A stretch of DNA of 64,000 nt from the human T2T-CHM13v2.0 reference genome, Homo sapiens. How positions within the stretch are numbered: the stretch's first letter is position 1; every line of letters starts with the position of its first letter. The notes under the pieces were generated by a model. That model was not told where the DNA came from. It was given only the letters and a program-made list of their open reading frames with translations, and made no database searches. The translations under genes were made by a program, and so were the position numbers. The stretch lies in the NCBI RefSeq assembly GCF_009914755.1, contig NC_060933.1. The stretch is one strand, 5' to 3'. Shown here in pieces: positions 29,340 through 43,714 of this stretch.

Positions 29340-29720
29340 TTCAATAACTTTAGAGTGAATGAATAAATTTGACAGATATTTATTGCTGATCGTGTGCTAG
29401 GCACTATCCTAGGCTCTGGGAATAGGTTAAGGAACCAAACAAAAATCCTTGTGCTCACAGAGCTTTAATTTTAGAAGGATAGCAGACAATAAAAGCATAA
29501 GTAAAATACATATAGTGTGCTAGATAGGTGCTAAGGAGAAATAAGGTTGAGAATGGGGATAGGGAAAGTCAAGGAAGGAGGTTGACATGTTAGAGACTGT
29601 GTCCACCGTCATTGAAAGGGTAATGCTTGAGAAAGGCCTGAAGGATATGGGCGGACAGAGTGTGTGTCTAGGGCAATAAAAAGTAACTGCTCCAGATGTT
29701 GAAGAAAATAATGTGCAGGA
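29340..29720. mobile_element. L2 fragment
   Basis: atatttattg...gtgctaggcactatcctaggctctggg...tgctcacagagcttt. Confidence 0.55.
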
Positions 29721-29767
29721 GTTGAACTGTTTGGAAGGAGGGTGAGCCCCATAGAAGGAGCCACCCT

Positions 29768-29903
29768 CGCCCCCTGCTGAGTCCCGGCTCGCTCGGCCCG
29801 CGCGTACCTGCGTTGTCCACCAGGAGGCGCTCCCGCACCCGCCCCGCAGGCGTCTTCCGCCGCCGGCCGGTGCGTGGGCACGCGCAGAAACCGCTAGGTG
29901 GCG
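29768..29903. promoter_or_regulatory. Cluster of three CTCF-like motifs (one reverse, two forward)
   Basis: Minus TCAGCAGGGGGCG (29768-29780), plus TGTCCACCAGGAGGCGC (29814-29830), plus CCGCTAGGTGGCG (29891-29903). Confidence 0.6.
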
Positions 29904-29958
29904 ACGGTTTCCCTTCCCACGCGCGGACGCCGGCGTGGGCCGACGCGGCCGGAGCGCC

Positions 29959-29970
29959 CGCGCGTGCGCA
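29959..29970. promoter_or_regulatory. NRF1-like site
   Basis: CGCGCGTGCGCA versus the NRF1 consensus YGCGCAYGCGCR. Confidence 0.55.
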
Positions 29971-29995
29971 GAGCCGAGGCCAGGCTGCCCTCGAA

Positions 29996-30042
29996 GCGGG
30001 GCGGGGCGAAGCGGGGCGGGGCCGAGCAGGGCGGGGCGGGGG
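29996..30042 (+). promoter_or_regulatory. Tandem Sp/KLF GC-boxes (GGGGCGGGGC); G-quadruplex-prone
   Basis: gcggggcggggcgaagcggggcggggccgagcaggggcggggcgggggc. Confidence 0.75.
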
Positions 30043-30045
30043 CTT

Positions 30046-30188
30046 GAGGTGATTCCCAAGCCGCGGGGCGGCTCCGGTGGTGCGGGGAAACCGAAAGTGG
30101 GCGGCGGCCGCGGCGGGGCCCCTGGCGGAGACGGCGGCAGGAGCTGGGCCCAGAGACGCGGGGACGGGCCGTGGGCCCCCGGAACGAG
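30046..30188 (+). other. TDRD7: TDRD7 exon 1, non-coding 5'UTR (start approximate)
   Basis: Lies directly downstream of a GC-box cluster in the CpG island, has no ATG, and ends at the strong donor GAG|GTGAGT. Confidence 0.8.
30086..30099 (+). promoter_or_regulatory. ISRE / IRF-E
   Basis: GGAAACCGAAAGTG fits GAAANNGAAA(C/G)T; reverse complement CACTTTCGGTTTCC. Confidence 0.7.
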
Positions 30189-33100
30189 GTGAGTGCAGGT
30201 CCTGCGGGCTCCGGGCGCGACAGGTGCCGGGCGACGTCGGACGAGATTTCGGGCGGGCGCGGCGCACCTGGGTCACCGGTGGGACCGCGGCCAGGGCCGG
30301 GGGCTCCAACAGGCTCGGGGCCTTTTCCCTGCAGCCGCAGGGGATTGCCCCCGCCCCGACGCCTGGGAACCGGGCTGGGCGCCGGGGGAGTTGGAGTTCC
30401 AGAGCGTTGTGTTTTAAATCTCTGAAGGGACCCTGCTCCGGGCCGGGCGTTCACGCGGGAGTCGGACGGAGCCTCCTGCCGCCTCGGAAGCTCTGCGCCG
30501 TGGGGGAAATGCAGCAGCGGGGTGTGGACGCGGGCGGGAGATGCGGACCAGGAAGTGGTTCCCGCTACCGGCGCGACAGGCCGCAGCCGCCGCCCCCAGC
30601 GAGGGATGTCCGCGCTCCCCTATTTGAACCCAAGTATTTTACACCACGAACTTCTCTTGAAGGTCTCTATAATCTGGAGACGAGCCCCAGGCAGGCCGCT
30701 TAAGTAATGCAGGACACACATCCCCATTTCTCTCAAACGAGGAGCACCCAGTGGGTACAGAGCACCCAGCTGGGAGGGAAACATGGATCCGTGAGTAAGT
30801 TGTCTCTCAACTTTCAGTAGCATCCCCTCAGCAGGGTCAGACTCTCAGCTTCAGCTTGCTAGGAGGGAGCTTGGAGCCGGCATATCTTTCTGCTCCCATT
30901 CACTTGAGAGGTATATTTCCATTAATAGCTAAAGGTACCATTCTCAAATAATTTCTAAGAGCAGGGAAGGGAAACAACCACATTAGAACAAGTCCTGGCC
31001 CAGAAGAATTCTGATCACCGCCCATCCAAACCAAACCAAACCAAAAAACCACAGATCTAGTTCATTAACCCTCCTACCAACACCTCTCTGCTCTCCAATC
31101 GTGCCGGTGAAAAAAATGCAGAGAAATGTTCTCTCTAGAGAGATAGGCAACAGCTTAATAGCAGAAGTAAAACTTGGACCCAAATCCCTGTCTCGTCCTG
31201 GGCTGCCTTGATGTGTATGAATGTGTTGCATACTGCAAATAATGTGAACTTTGCAGACCTGGATTGAAATCTGGGCTTCTCATTTTACAAATTGTGTGAT
31301 CTTGAACAAATTACATGCTTTCTCTTAGCCTGGTTTTCTATGTGTCAAATAGAGGTACCTGGCTTACTTTGCAAGGCTTTTCCAAGATAACCACTGTATA
31401 TCCTTTGCCTCATAATAATTGCCAAGCAGTATTCACTCTCTTCCTCCCAACAAACGGTCCATGTTTTACATAATTGGATTTTAGTTTTTTGAGGGCAGGG
31501 ACACAAAGATCTTTGTGTTTACTATATAATATAAATGGGCACATGGTGGATATTTTTGCATTTCCTCTCAGCTGACATTCATTGAGCATCAGTTACGTGC
31601 AAAGTACTGTTCTGGGTATAGGGAATTGCCCCTGGGGCCAGCTGGATTAGCACTCACATCTCCTGTGCCCCAATCCAGGGCCCTTTGGTGGCACACAGCC
31701 TCCGTCTTTGGTAGTTGCACGGTGAGACTGTGAGGCAGCAGTTGGCAGTGCCTTCAGATTTCAGTCTCTGTAGATTGAAAATGAAGTGTAATCCCCTGCT
31801 AATGCCCTTTTAAGTGTACAGGTTGAACATGGCTGAATGAACTATTGTATTGTGCATCAAGAGATTTTAAACTCCTTGCAGAACCCCTCTTTTAAGTTCT
31901 CTGTGCAATATAATCTAGCTGGATACTTAATGTGAATATAAAGAAAAAATATAATCCAACCCCGAGTGCCTAATTTGTGTTTGTCAAGTGCTGTTTTCAA
32001 GAATTGAGATTTGACATAGAGTGCTTTGCATCTGGACACTTTCACAGAAGTTCCTTGGTGAAATTTTATATTTACGTGAACTGTTGTTTCTTTGTGCCAA
32101 ACCTGCTTTTTCCTCCCTCCACTCCCACCTCTGTACTTTTGAAAGCTTCATTCTTGTCATTATTTCCCTGTAAGCCAAATATGTTTACAGTTTTGTCTTT
32201 CAAACTAAAAGTAATTAATTTTGCAATTTTTAGTTGAAGACATGTATATATGCCAATCAGAACTTGATCAGTGCAAGCTACCCAGTGTGACTTCAAAGTA
32301 AGCTTGGCATTTTAGCCTGTGCAGCTTTGTCATGAGTAAGCAAACTCGGTTTTCATTACATATTTGGACCTTATTTCAGCCTTCAGTGAATCCAAGGAAA
32401 GTTGAGAATCATGGCTCTTGCCCACCTTTCTTATCTTCCTTGTGAAAAAAAGAGACCTGAAGTGACTTGTCACAGGTAATCAGTAGCGGAACTAGGATTA
32501 AGACACAAACTCCTTACTAAGCCACTTTATTATCTCAGGGTTTTTTCGTCTAGTATGTAGACTTATGGAAATCCCTTACTTACGTACATTCGTGGTATGC
32601 AGTTAAAATGCACGAATAATTTGGAACTTGAGATCACAAGAATAAAAAAGATAACTCCCTGAAAAAAACTCTTAAGGAAGTATACCATCATCTGAGGGTA
32701 TTAATCATCTTTTTCCTTTAAAAACCGGTTGGTGAAGGAGTAATTGAAGTGGTAACAGACTATGATTAGAAAGAAAAGAGCATTTAAAAGTGTCGCAAGG
32801 TGAGAAATCATTTATTGGGTAAAGATCTTAGGAAAAAATTTTCCCTCTGAGGCTCAGTTTATTGATTTGTAAGATAAGGAGCTTGGGTTAGCCTAGACGA
32901 TGCCTAAAATGTGTCAGCACAGACATTATGGGACTTTAAGTTCCCGCTGTTGCTAAAATAGTGTCTTCAAGGAGAAGGGCAGTTAGTTATTAGAAGTATA
33001 TGCCCTAAAGAGATATCCAGATACTTCAAAATTGAACATCTAACTAAAAGAAGCTAAGAGAGATTACTTGGTGTTTTCAGTTTACCCTAATAATTCTTCT

Positions 33101-33619
33101 GATTTGTTTTAAGATTTAGTGCCACTCGACAACTTAAACTGATGACATGAAAAATGTAGTAAGGAAGATGAGCCAAATCATACAGTTGGAAATAGTTGAG
33201 CAAGAAGAAACTTAGAAAAGAGAAGGCATAGGATGGAAGCCAGACTAGCTCAGCTAAAGGCCTTTGACACCAGTAGTTAGAGGAAGCAGATAACATGCAA
33301 ATGACTGAGCCAGGGAGGATCAATCAATGGTAGAAGGCGTTTATCTGGGATACACCAAAACCAGGTTCTTCAGAATAGGACTTCCTTGGGCCATTTTCAG
33401 GTATAGTAAAGAGAAAAGCTGTGAATTTACAAAATGCAGTTTTGAAGTAGAGTGAGAATTATTTTAGGCCACTTAAATTATTTAAATTTTGTTTCCCTAA
33501 AGATTGTCATCACTCCCCAACTCCCCACCCCACCTCATGTGCATTATTAGTGTCTTGGATAATTAAGATTAACTGGGTATAAGCGAAGAAAAAAAGGAAA
33601 GCACGAAAGCATAAAAAAG

Positions 33620-33713
33620 ATAGTCTCAGCTACTCAGGAGGCTGAGGCGGGAGAATCACTTGAACCCGGCAGGCGGAGGTTGCAGTGAGCCAAGATTGCG
33701 CCACTGCACTCCA
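33620..33713 (+). mobile_element. Alu right-arm fragment
   Basis: cagctactcaggaggctgaggc...gccactgcactccag. Confidence 0.85.
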
Positions 33714-34757
33714 GTTGAAATTCCTATGATATACTTTCTTTTATGCTTCTAATGGATGATGTCTAAGATATTAAACTTTATTTTTATAGTTAGAACAAAG
33801 TATTCTTATATACCTTGAGAGTATAATTGCCATCTTCCGAAAGTTTCAAAAAAAAGTCATCATGAGCCACGTAACAAAACTCAGAGCATTTCCAAAGTGA
33901 TATAGTTTAGAAAATAATGATGATTTTTTTTAAAGCTTACACTTTCTTTTTCGTTCACTGCCTGAAGTGATGTTGCTAATGTGGGAATTGAAATCAGACT
34001 GGCAAGTCGTGCATTTGAATACAATCACATTTAGCCTTCCAGGTTTTACTGCATTTAACTGCTTCTCACCAGCTTGGAGACCCACAGTCTTATACTCCAA
34101 GGGATTCCCCTTCCCTTCAAAAAGTTGTTTGCAAATAGAGAGTTATAGTCCTCCATGAAAGATAGCATACTTTAAAAAGGCAGGCAGGGGGAGGGAACTT
34201 AATTTACAGATTGCAACCATGTGGTCAAGCGTTGATTCTCAGTCTCCTCAAGTATGAGGCCATTTTTTGTAGCTTTAGAAAAATTTCGTGAAACCTCATA
34301 CACTAGTAGTTGTGCTTGCAGTATCCATTGGTCAATTAAACATATAACTACCAAAAGCTGTTGTGAATTTAATATCAGTTTGTGTTTATGGATCCCAATA
34401 ATATCTGCACACTCTGAAAAACAGGACTATAAGTACATGTGAGACATTTACTAATATTCAAGCCGTGCCTGCTGCTTGTCAGGATGTGTGGGCTCCTTGC
34501 AATCATGCTGCGGCCCTGACAGGGCCTAATCTGGCTCAGAGTGGACATGCTCAGAAATAATCTACTTGATGATTCTCAACCACAGTTTGGTGTTGCGATT
34601 GGCTGTCTCATTCAGTTTATAAGAATTGTTAACATTTGCAGATAATTTTTTAGTAACTTAAATTGGATTCAGAGTTATGCCTTTAATAGCTCACCTATGT
34701 TATGCTGTATTTTAGTGAGTAGGAGAGAAAAGGAGTGGTAGGTGGATGGAGAATTTC

Positions 34758-35475
34758 TTATTCATTCAACAAATATTTATTGAGCTCTCGGTGGGCTAGG
34801 CACTAGGGATTCAGCAATGAACAAAACAGACACAAATCCTTGCTTTCATGGAGCTTGCATTGAAGTTGGGGAGAAAGATAAAACCATTAAATGGAGAAGA
34901 ATATTGGATGGTGATAAGTGCTAAGGAGAAAATCAGGGAAGCTGGCATCTCAGTTTTGATTTTGAATAGGGTGGCCAGAGAAGGCCTTACTGTGGAGGTG
35001 ACAGTTGAGCACGTACTTTAGCTGAAGGAGGTAAGGCTGTGAGCCACATGTGCCCCTGGAGTCAATATGTCCCAGGTAGAGAGAATGGCAAGTACAAAAG
35101 CCCTGTTGTGAGGCCATCTCAGGCATGTTCAAGGAAAAGCATGGAGCCCAGGATGGGTGAATGAAAATAAAGAGAAGAGAGAACTTAGGGCAAAGAAGTG
35201 GGGGTTGCAGGTTATGCAGGGCCCTTTTTGGCTCTGTAAGGACTTGGCTTTTTGTCTGAGTTAACACAGGAAGCATTAGAGGGTTTTGAGTGACGTGATA
35301 TAATAGTATATATTATATGAAAAGATCACTCAGGCTGATATGTGGAGAACAGATTCTAGGAGGTGAAGTGGAAGCAGAGAGACCAGCTAAGAGCCCAGCT
35401 GCTCTGCTCCAGGAAAGAGATGTTGCTGACACGGACTAGGACAACTGCCATGGAAGTGGTGAAGAGTGAAGGAAT
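34758..35475. mobile_element. L2 element fragment
   Basis: attcattcaacaaatatttattgagc...aacaaaacagacac...ttcatggagcttgcatt...aaagatcactcaggctg. Confidence 0.7.
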
Positions 35476-35794
35476 TGTAGACATCCGCCTTCCATCTTTA
35501 TGTATCACATTGCTTGGGGGAGGATTGAGAACTAATACTGACCTCACTCATCTTACAGATAAAGAGAATGAGATCCAGGAGAAGGGGCTTATCCCAGGAA
35601 AATGAGTGAGCAGTGGCATTAAACTTGCGGAACACAAGTAAAAGGAGGCTCAGGCATAATCTTCTGCAATCCCCTGCCCTTCCCCCAAAACCAAATCAAA
35701 ATATATCAATGGCCAGGTGTTAGCAACTTTACTATTGAAATATTTTAAAGTAGATTTTAACTGTGATAATATGTGCATTAAAAAGGGGGTGAAA

Positions 35795-36185
<391 letters not shown>

Positions 36186-38616
36186 TCAAGGTGGGTAAAT
36201 GTGAGGTTGGATAGGGTGGGAAAAGTGAAAAATAAGGATGAGCACTTCTGTGCCGTGCAGATTCACACTGGTATTTTATTTAATTTTCTTCCAAGAGTCT
36301 CGGGGCAAAGGATAGAACAATTAGGATGGAGGTCACGAGACATCTGCTATATAAAGGAGAAGACACATTTAAAGAGGGTGGGACTAGAGAAGCAAGCATT
36401 AGGCAAAGCTTCGTACCTCACTCTGCTCTGGCCGTTAAACAGGTCATGGGTGGGGACAAGAGGAAGACTCTACCTGAATGCCGCTCCTTAAAAAAAAAAA
36501 TTGTGAAGTGCCCTTTTTGGGAGATCCCTGCTTGCAGCTGTTTCAGAGCAGAAATAAGGAAGATAGAAGGGACATTTCAGGGGCAGTGGTCTAAAATGGT
36601 TCTCCCAAGGGTGGAAGGAGTGGAAGGCTTTCGCAGAGGGCAACCTGTAGAACAAGCCTCTGATTAGACTCTAAGACAGGGCTGGACCTGTCCTTTCAAA
36701 CCTGAATCACAGTGTTCTGTTAGGTTTTAGTAACAGGACACCCATTAGTAAAATGCATTTATCCGACATTTTTTCCCCATAAATTAATGGTTGCTGTCCA
36801 CTCCTAATGTAGCTGAGAAAAGTAGACCACAGAGGGGAGGTGGCAGTGGAGCAGATGCTCTTTCCAAAATGAAGGGAAGGAGAATACCATGGAAACTCTA
36901 TTCTTAAGGCAAAGGGTAAGGCCTTCTTACTGAAACTCTGGCAGGGGAATATAAAGTAGTCTGGCCAGGGAGGAGTCAGATATATTGAACAGTCTAATTT
37001 GAGTCGTTTACACTGGTCACACCCAGATGGATATTTTCCCTGGATGTGTGCTAACCACCTGACATTATATCTATATGTAATGCGTATGTAGCTGATAGCC
37101 AAGGCCCACTTAGGCATACGGATATACAAAGATGCAAAGCCCAGTTTCACTCAGAAGAGCTCTAGATGAACTGATGGGAGGGATTGGGTTTTGAAGGGAA
37201 GAAGAGCACATAGATGGGGAAGGTGGAGATCAGAAATGGATAGTCAGGGTGGATTGGCACTGAGGAGTAAGCAAGTGATGCTTTAGTATGTCCTCTTGCA
37301 AATTAAAACTTGGCCAGTCTCCACTGTTGCTTTTACTACTTGTGGAAATAACTGTATAGTAGTTCAGTGATCTTTGACTCATGAGTCATGAACCATTGTT
37401 AAACTATTTTCCGTGTCATCAGTTTACTATTCAGGACCCAAAATTCATACTTCAGCATTGACATCTGGCAACCGTGAAGTATAGGTCCCAAAGCTGTCCT
37501 CTTTCCTGCTCCCTGGCATTCATTCAGAGTGTGGACTTCAGAGGTAGTGGAGGTGTGCAGACTCTGCAGTTCTCTGTCTCTGCCATGAATTTCTATTGAG
37601 TATCTCCAGCTGTTCCATTGTCTTGGAATCCACACCAGCCCTGTGACTAAGTGGAGTCAGCTGTGGATTTCACACCACTGTTTTTTTCTTTTTTACTCTG
37701 CTTACCCTTTCTTTCCTGTCTTGTCTCCTGTTCTTAATTCTTCAGGGTTTGCTGGGTGTTTTTCCCAGTACCAGTAGACAGGGTGATATAATGGGAAAAG
37801 TGTGGCCTTTGGCATCAAACAGACCTGGATTGAAATCCTAGCTTATCTACATCCCGCGATATCTTAAGTATTTAACTTATCTGAACCTTGGTTTTCACAT
37901 CTATAAGTTGAGGATAATAGCCTCCCAGCATTATTATAGATACTAGATTTTTAGAAAAGCCATTTCTCAGAATTTACATAAGAGAAATAAAAACATGTGC
38001 CTACCTAAATACTTGTACATGAATGATCAAGGCAACTTTATTTATAATATCTCAAAATTGGATGCAACCCAAATGTGTATCAACATTTGAATTGATAAAC
38101 AAATTGTAGTATACCCATACAGTGGAATACTACTCATCAATAAAAAGGAATGAACTGAGTTAAATGCAGTAACATAGATGGAACACAAAGCACTAGGCAA
38201 AAATAATCCATAGTGACAGAAAGCAGATTGGTAGTTGCCAGGAGCCAGGGCAGTGTGTGTATGAACCAGAGAGGGCTGACCACAGAGAAGCATAGCTTAA
38301 AAGAACTTTTTTTTGGGGGGGGCGGGTGGGGGAGGGTGTGGTGGTTAAAGATATGCTGTACATGCAGTAAAAATCCCTCTTTATAGCCAATCACCTCCCC
38401 TTACCCCCAGCCCTTGGCAACCACTGATCTAATTTCTGTGTCTGTAGTTTCGCCTTTTCCAGAATGTTCACATAAATAGAATCATGTATGTAGCCTTTTG
38501 TGTCCAGCTTTTTCCTTTAGCATAATATAAGAGTCATGCATGTTTTATGTATCAACAGATTGTTCCTTTCTATTACTGAATAGTATTCCACTGTATGGCG
38601 CTACTAGTTTGGTTTA

Positions 38617-39113
<497 letters not shown>

Positions 39114-39539
39114 CTATTTTTCAAGGTACTATTTTGCATGCCCACCAGAAATGTATGAGAGTTCTAAATGCTCTGCTTTCTCATCAGCACTTCGTATTGT
39201 CAGTTTTTTAAAAAATTAAGCTGCTCTAATAGATGTGTAGTGATACTTCATTGTGAATTTAATTTGCATTTCCCTAATGACTAATGCTGTTGAGCATCTT
39301 TTCATGTGTTTTTTTGCCATCTTCATTTTTACTTTAGTGACATATGTATTCAGGTGTTTTGCACATTTTAAATTGGGATCTTTGTTTTATTATTGAGTTT
39401 TGAGTATTGTTTATATATGACTACCAACTTTACCACGTCTGTTATGAAAATATCTTCTCACAATCTGTGGCTTTTCATTTTTGAACAGCTTTTGGAAGAG
39501 CAGACATTTTAAATTTTGATGAGATCCAATTTGTCAATT

Positions 39540-39644
39540 TCTTCTTTTTTTCTTTTTGAGACAGGTTCTCACTCTGTCGCACCATGACGGCTCACTGCAG
39601 CCTCTCAGGTAGCTGGGACTACAGGCACGTGCGACTATGCCCAG

Positions 39645-39694
<50 letters not shown>

Positions 39695-39809
39695 GACGGA
39701 GTCTCACTATGTTGCCCAGGCGAGTCTCGAACTCCTGAGCTCAGGTGACCCATGTGCCTTGGTCTCCCAAAGTGCTGAAATTACAGACGTGAACCACCGT
39801 GCCCAGCCA
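39540..39809 (-). mobile_element. Alu (old, internally deleted)
   Basis: ttttgagacagg...gtagctgggactacaggc...ctcccaaagtgctg...ccaccgtgcccagcc. Confidence 0.85.
39649..39692. repeat. (TG)n microsatellite inside an antisense Alu
   Basis: About 22 TG units at the Alu middle linker. Confidence 0.93.
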
Positions 39810-40061
39810 ATTTTTTCTTCTATGGTTCTCAAAAGTCTTTGCCTAACCCAAGGCCACAAAGATTTACTCCTGTGTATTTTTTAGAAGTTTTATACTATTA
39901 GCCTTTTCATTTAGGACCTAAATTATTTATTTTGAGTTAATTTTTTGTATATATAATATGAAGTTCATTATTTGCATATGAATGACCAGTTTTACTAGCA
40001 CTGTTCATTGAACTTTCTTCATTGAATTTCCTTAGCATCTTTGTTAAAAATCAGTTTACTA

Positions 40062-40353
40062 GGCCGGAGGTGGCTCACACCTGTAATCCCAGCACTTTGG
40101 GAGGCTGAAGTGGGTGGATCACTTGAGGTCAGGAGTTTGAGACCAGCCTAGCCAACATGGCAAAACCCTGTCTCTACTAAAAATACAAAAAAATTAGCCA
40201 GGCATGGTGGCACATGCCTGTAATCCCAGCCAACTTGGGAGGCTGAGGCACAAGAATCACCTGAACCCAGGAGGCAGAGGTTACAGTGAGCCAAGATTGT
40301 GCCACTGCACTCCAGCCTGGGCAACAGATCAAGACCCTGTCTCAAAAAAAAAA
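40062..40353 (+). mobile_element. Alu (AluS) with TSD AAAAATCAGTTTAC
   Basis: Full dimer flanked by a direct repeat. Confidence 0.93.
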
Positions 40354-41997
40354 ATCAGTTTACCATATATGGGTTTATTTCTGGATTACATATTCTGTTC
40401 CATTGATCTATATGATTGTTCTTTTGATAATATTATACTATTTTGACTAATATAGCTTTATAGTAAATCTTGAAATCAGCCTTATTGCACTGGCTAGGAC
40501 CTCCACTGTGATAATGAATGGGAGTGCTGAGCATGGGCATTCTTGCCCTGTTCCCAGTCTTAGGGAGACAGCACTCACTCTTTAGCTGTGAGTAATGATG
40601 TTAACTGTGGGTTTTTTCACAGATGGTCTTTATCAGGTTAAGGACTTCCCATTTTATTCTAATATTCTGAGAGTTTTTTATCATAAATACATTTTTTATT
40701 TTGTCAGCTGTCTTTTTTTCACCTATTGATATGATTGTGTTGTTTAATTTCCTTTAATCTGTTGATGTAGTAAGTTATATTGATTGACTTAATGAATATT
40801 GAACCATACCTGCATTCCTGGAATAAACTTTAACTGGTTATTATGTCTTATCCTTTTCACTAATTGTTGGATTTTATTTGCTAATGTTTTGTTAAGAATT
40901 TTTGCATTTATGTTCATGAGGGATATGGTCTGTACTTTTCATGCAGTGTCTTTGTATAGTTTTTGTATCAGCATAATGCTTGCCTCATAAAATGAGTTCA
41001 GAAATGTTCTCTTCCCTCTGTTTTCTGGGAGAATCTGTAAGAGTAGTATTGATTCTTCTATAAATGTTTGGTAGAATTTGCCAGTAAAGCAATCCGGGCT
41101 TCAGGTTTTCTTTGTGTGAAGATTTTTAACTGTAAATTCAAATTCTCTAATAGCTATAGGGATATTTGAGGGTTATTTATTTCTTCTTGAGTAAGCTTTG
41201 ACATTTGTGTCTTTCAATAAATTTATCTATTTCATCTAAGCTACAAACTTACTGGCATAACTGTTTTATCATGTTCTCTTTTTAATGTCTGTAGGATCTG
41301 TATTGATGGCCCCTCTTTCAATCACATTATGGTAATTTGTGCCTTCTTTTTTTTTTTTCTATGTTTCTAGGAGTTTATCAATTTTATTGATGGTTTGAAA
41401 ACTAGTTTTAGTTTCATGATTCTTTTCTCTCCTATTTTTAAACTTCATTATTGATCTGTTTCATCATTTCAGAATTGATTTCTGCTCTCACCTTTATTTC
41501 CTTTCTTCTGCTTACTTTTGATATAAATTTCTCTTTTTGTTCTCAAAGTAGGAGAATAGATCATTGATTTGCCACTTTTCTTCTTTCTAACAGAAACATA
41601 ATGCTATAAATTTTCCTCTAATACTTTTACCGCATCCAGCAAAATTTTACATTTGTGTCTTCATTTATTTAAAAATATTTTTCTAATTTTGGAGGTAGCC
41701 TTTCTCTTTGACCCTTGGTTATTTAGAAGTATCTTGTTAAATTTGCATGGATATTGTTCACATATCTTTGTGTTAGTGATACCTAATGTAATTTTGTTCT
41801 ATTCACAGAATATACTTTTTATAATATGAGTTATTTTAAGTTGTTTGAATATCATTTTAAGTCCAAGAATATATTTTATTTTGGTGAACATCTCATGTGC
41901 TCTTGAAAAGAATGTATATTCTGCTGTCTTTGGAGTGGAGTGTTCTGTCAATATCATTAGGTCACTTTGGTTGATAGTGTTTAGATCTTTTATATTC

Positions 41998-42320
<323 letters not shown>

Positions 42321-43216
42321 TGATTTTATTTTTTTGATCTACTGGTTCTATCTATTGACGAGAAAGGAGTTTTGAAGTGTCCAACGATAATTGTGAAATT
42401 GTGAATAAGTTTTTTCAGCTATCAGATTTTGTGTGTTTGGAAGCTCTGATGTTTGGTGCACCTATGCTTAGGATTGTTTTATCTTTCTGATGAATTAGCC
42501 CCTTAATCATTATGTAATGTCTCTCTTTATCTCTGATAAGATTCCTTGTTCTGATATTTATACAGTCATAGTGTTTGCATGGTACATCTTTTTTCTTTTT
42601 ACTTTTAACCTATGCATTCATATTTAAAGTGGGTTTCTTGAAGGTGGTATATAAGTAAGTCTTGCTTTTTTATCCACTCTGCCAACCCCTAATGTTTTAT
42701 AGGGCTATTTCAGTTATTTACAGTTAATGTAATTATTGATATGATTGGCTTTAAACCTGCCATTTTGCTGGATGTTTTCTATTTTCTCTACCCTTTTTTT
42801 TCTCCTTTTTCCTGTCTAATTTTTTTTAACTTCTGCTTGCATAGGTATTGTCTTATTACATTTTACCTTTACTACTGGCATATTATTATACCTTTTTAAA
42901 AAATTTTAGTGGTTGCCATATGGTTTACAATATCCCTCTTTATCATAGTCAGCTTTCAAATGACACTACAGCGCCTCATGTGTAGTGTAAGAACCTTCCA
43001 TTGGTTCTATTCTTCGTACTACCTTTGTACATTTTACTTTTACATATATTATGTACCCCACATGAGGGAATTTTTTTGGATGATGGGAATGTCTGTATCT
43101 TGATTGTGGTATGATTACATAGGTGTGTATATTTTTTAAAACTCAAGAAGTGCTACATATAAAATGAGTTAATTTTATTTTGGGTAAACTTTCCCTAAAG
43201 GAAGATTTTGATATTT

Positions 43217-43555
43217 AGTCTTGTGCCAATAACAATGTTTTGGTCAACAATGGACTGCATAATCATTTGTCCTGTAAGATTATAATACTGTATTTTTCTA
43301 TACCTTATCTATGCTCAGATATGTTTAGACATACAGTACTTACCATTGTGTTAAAATTGCCTACAGTATTCAGTATAGTAGCATGCTGTACAGGTGTGTA
43401 GCCTGGGAGCAATAGGTTATACCATATAGCCTAGGTGTGTACTAGGCTATACCATCTAGGTTTGCAAGTCCACTCAATAATGTTTACACAATAACTAAAT
43501 TGCCTAACGACACATTTCTCAGAATGTATCCCCATTGTTAAGTGACGCATGACTA
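43217..43555 (+). mobile_element. Tigger3a-like MITE (TcMar-Tigger)
   Basis: ggtcaacaatggactgcat...taagattataatactgtatttt...ctaggctataccatctaggtttg...cattgttaagtgacgcatgact. Confidence 0.8.
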
Positions 43556-43714
43556 TACACACAAACACACACACACACACATCTGTGAAAAGAATAAGAA
43601 TACAGACCTAGTATAGGGCTTTTGTAGGTTATAGTATTAATTAAATGTTGTTGGTCCTGGTGATAATAATTTGAAAAGAGTTAATGTTTAGTAATGGAAG
43701 GTACATAATGCATG

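Larger units (their letters stand above)
29760..30620. promoter_or_regulatory. CpG island / TATA-less promoter of TDRD7
   Basis: Abrupt very high GC and CpG density against AT-rich flanks; spans exon 1. Confidence 0.93.

Noticed and set aside
29520-30703. Long overlapping ORFs (179-213 aa) on both strands
   Set aside because: Pro/Arg/Gly/Ala-rich products of stop-codon scarcity in a CpG island; no recognisable domain.
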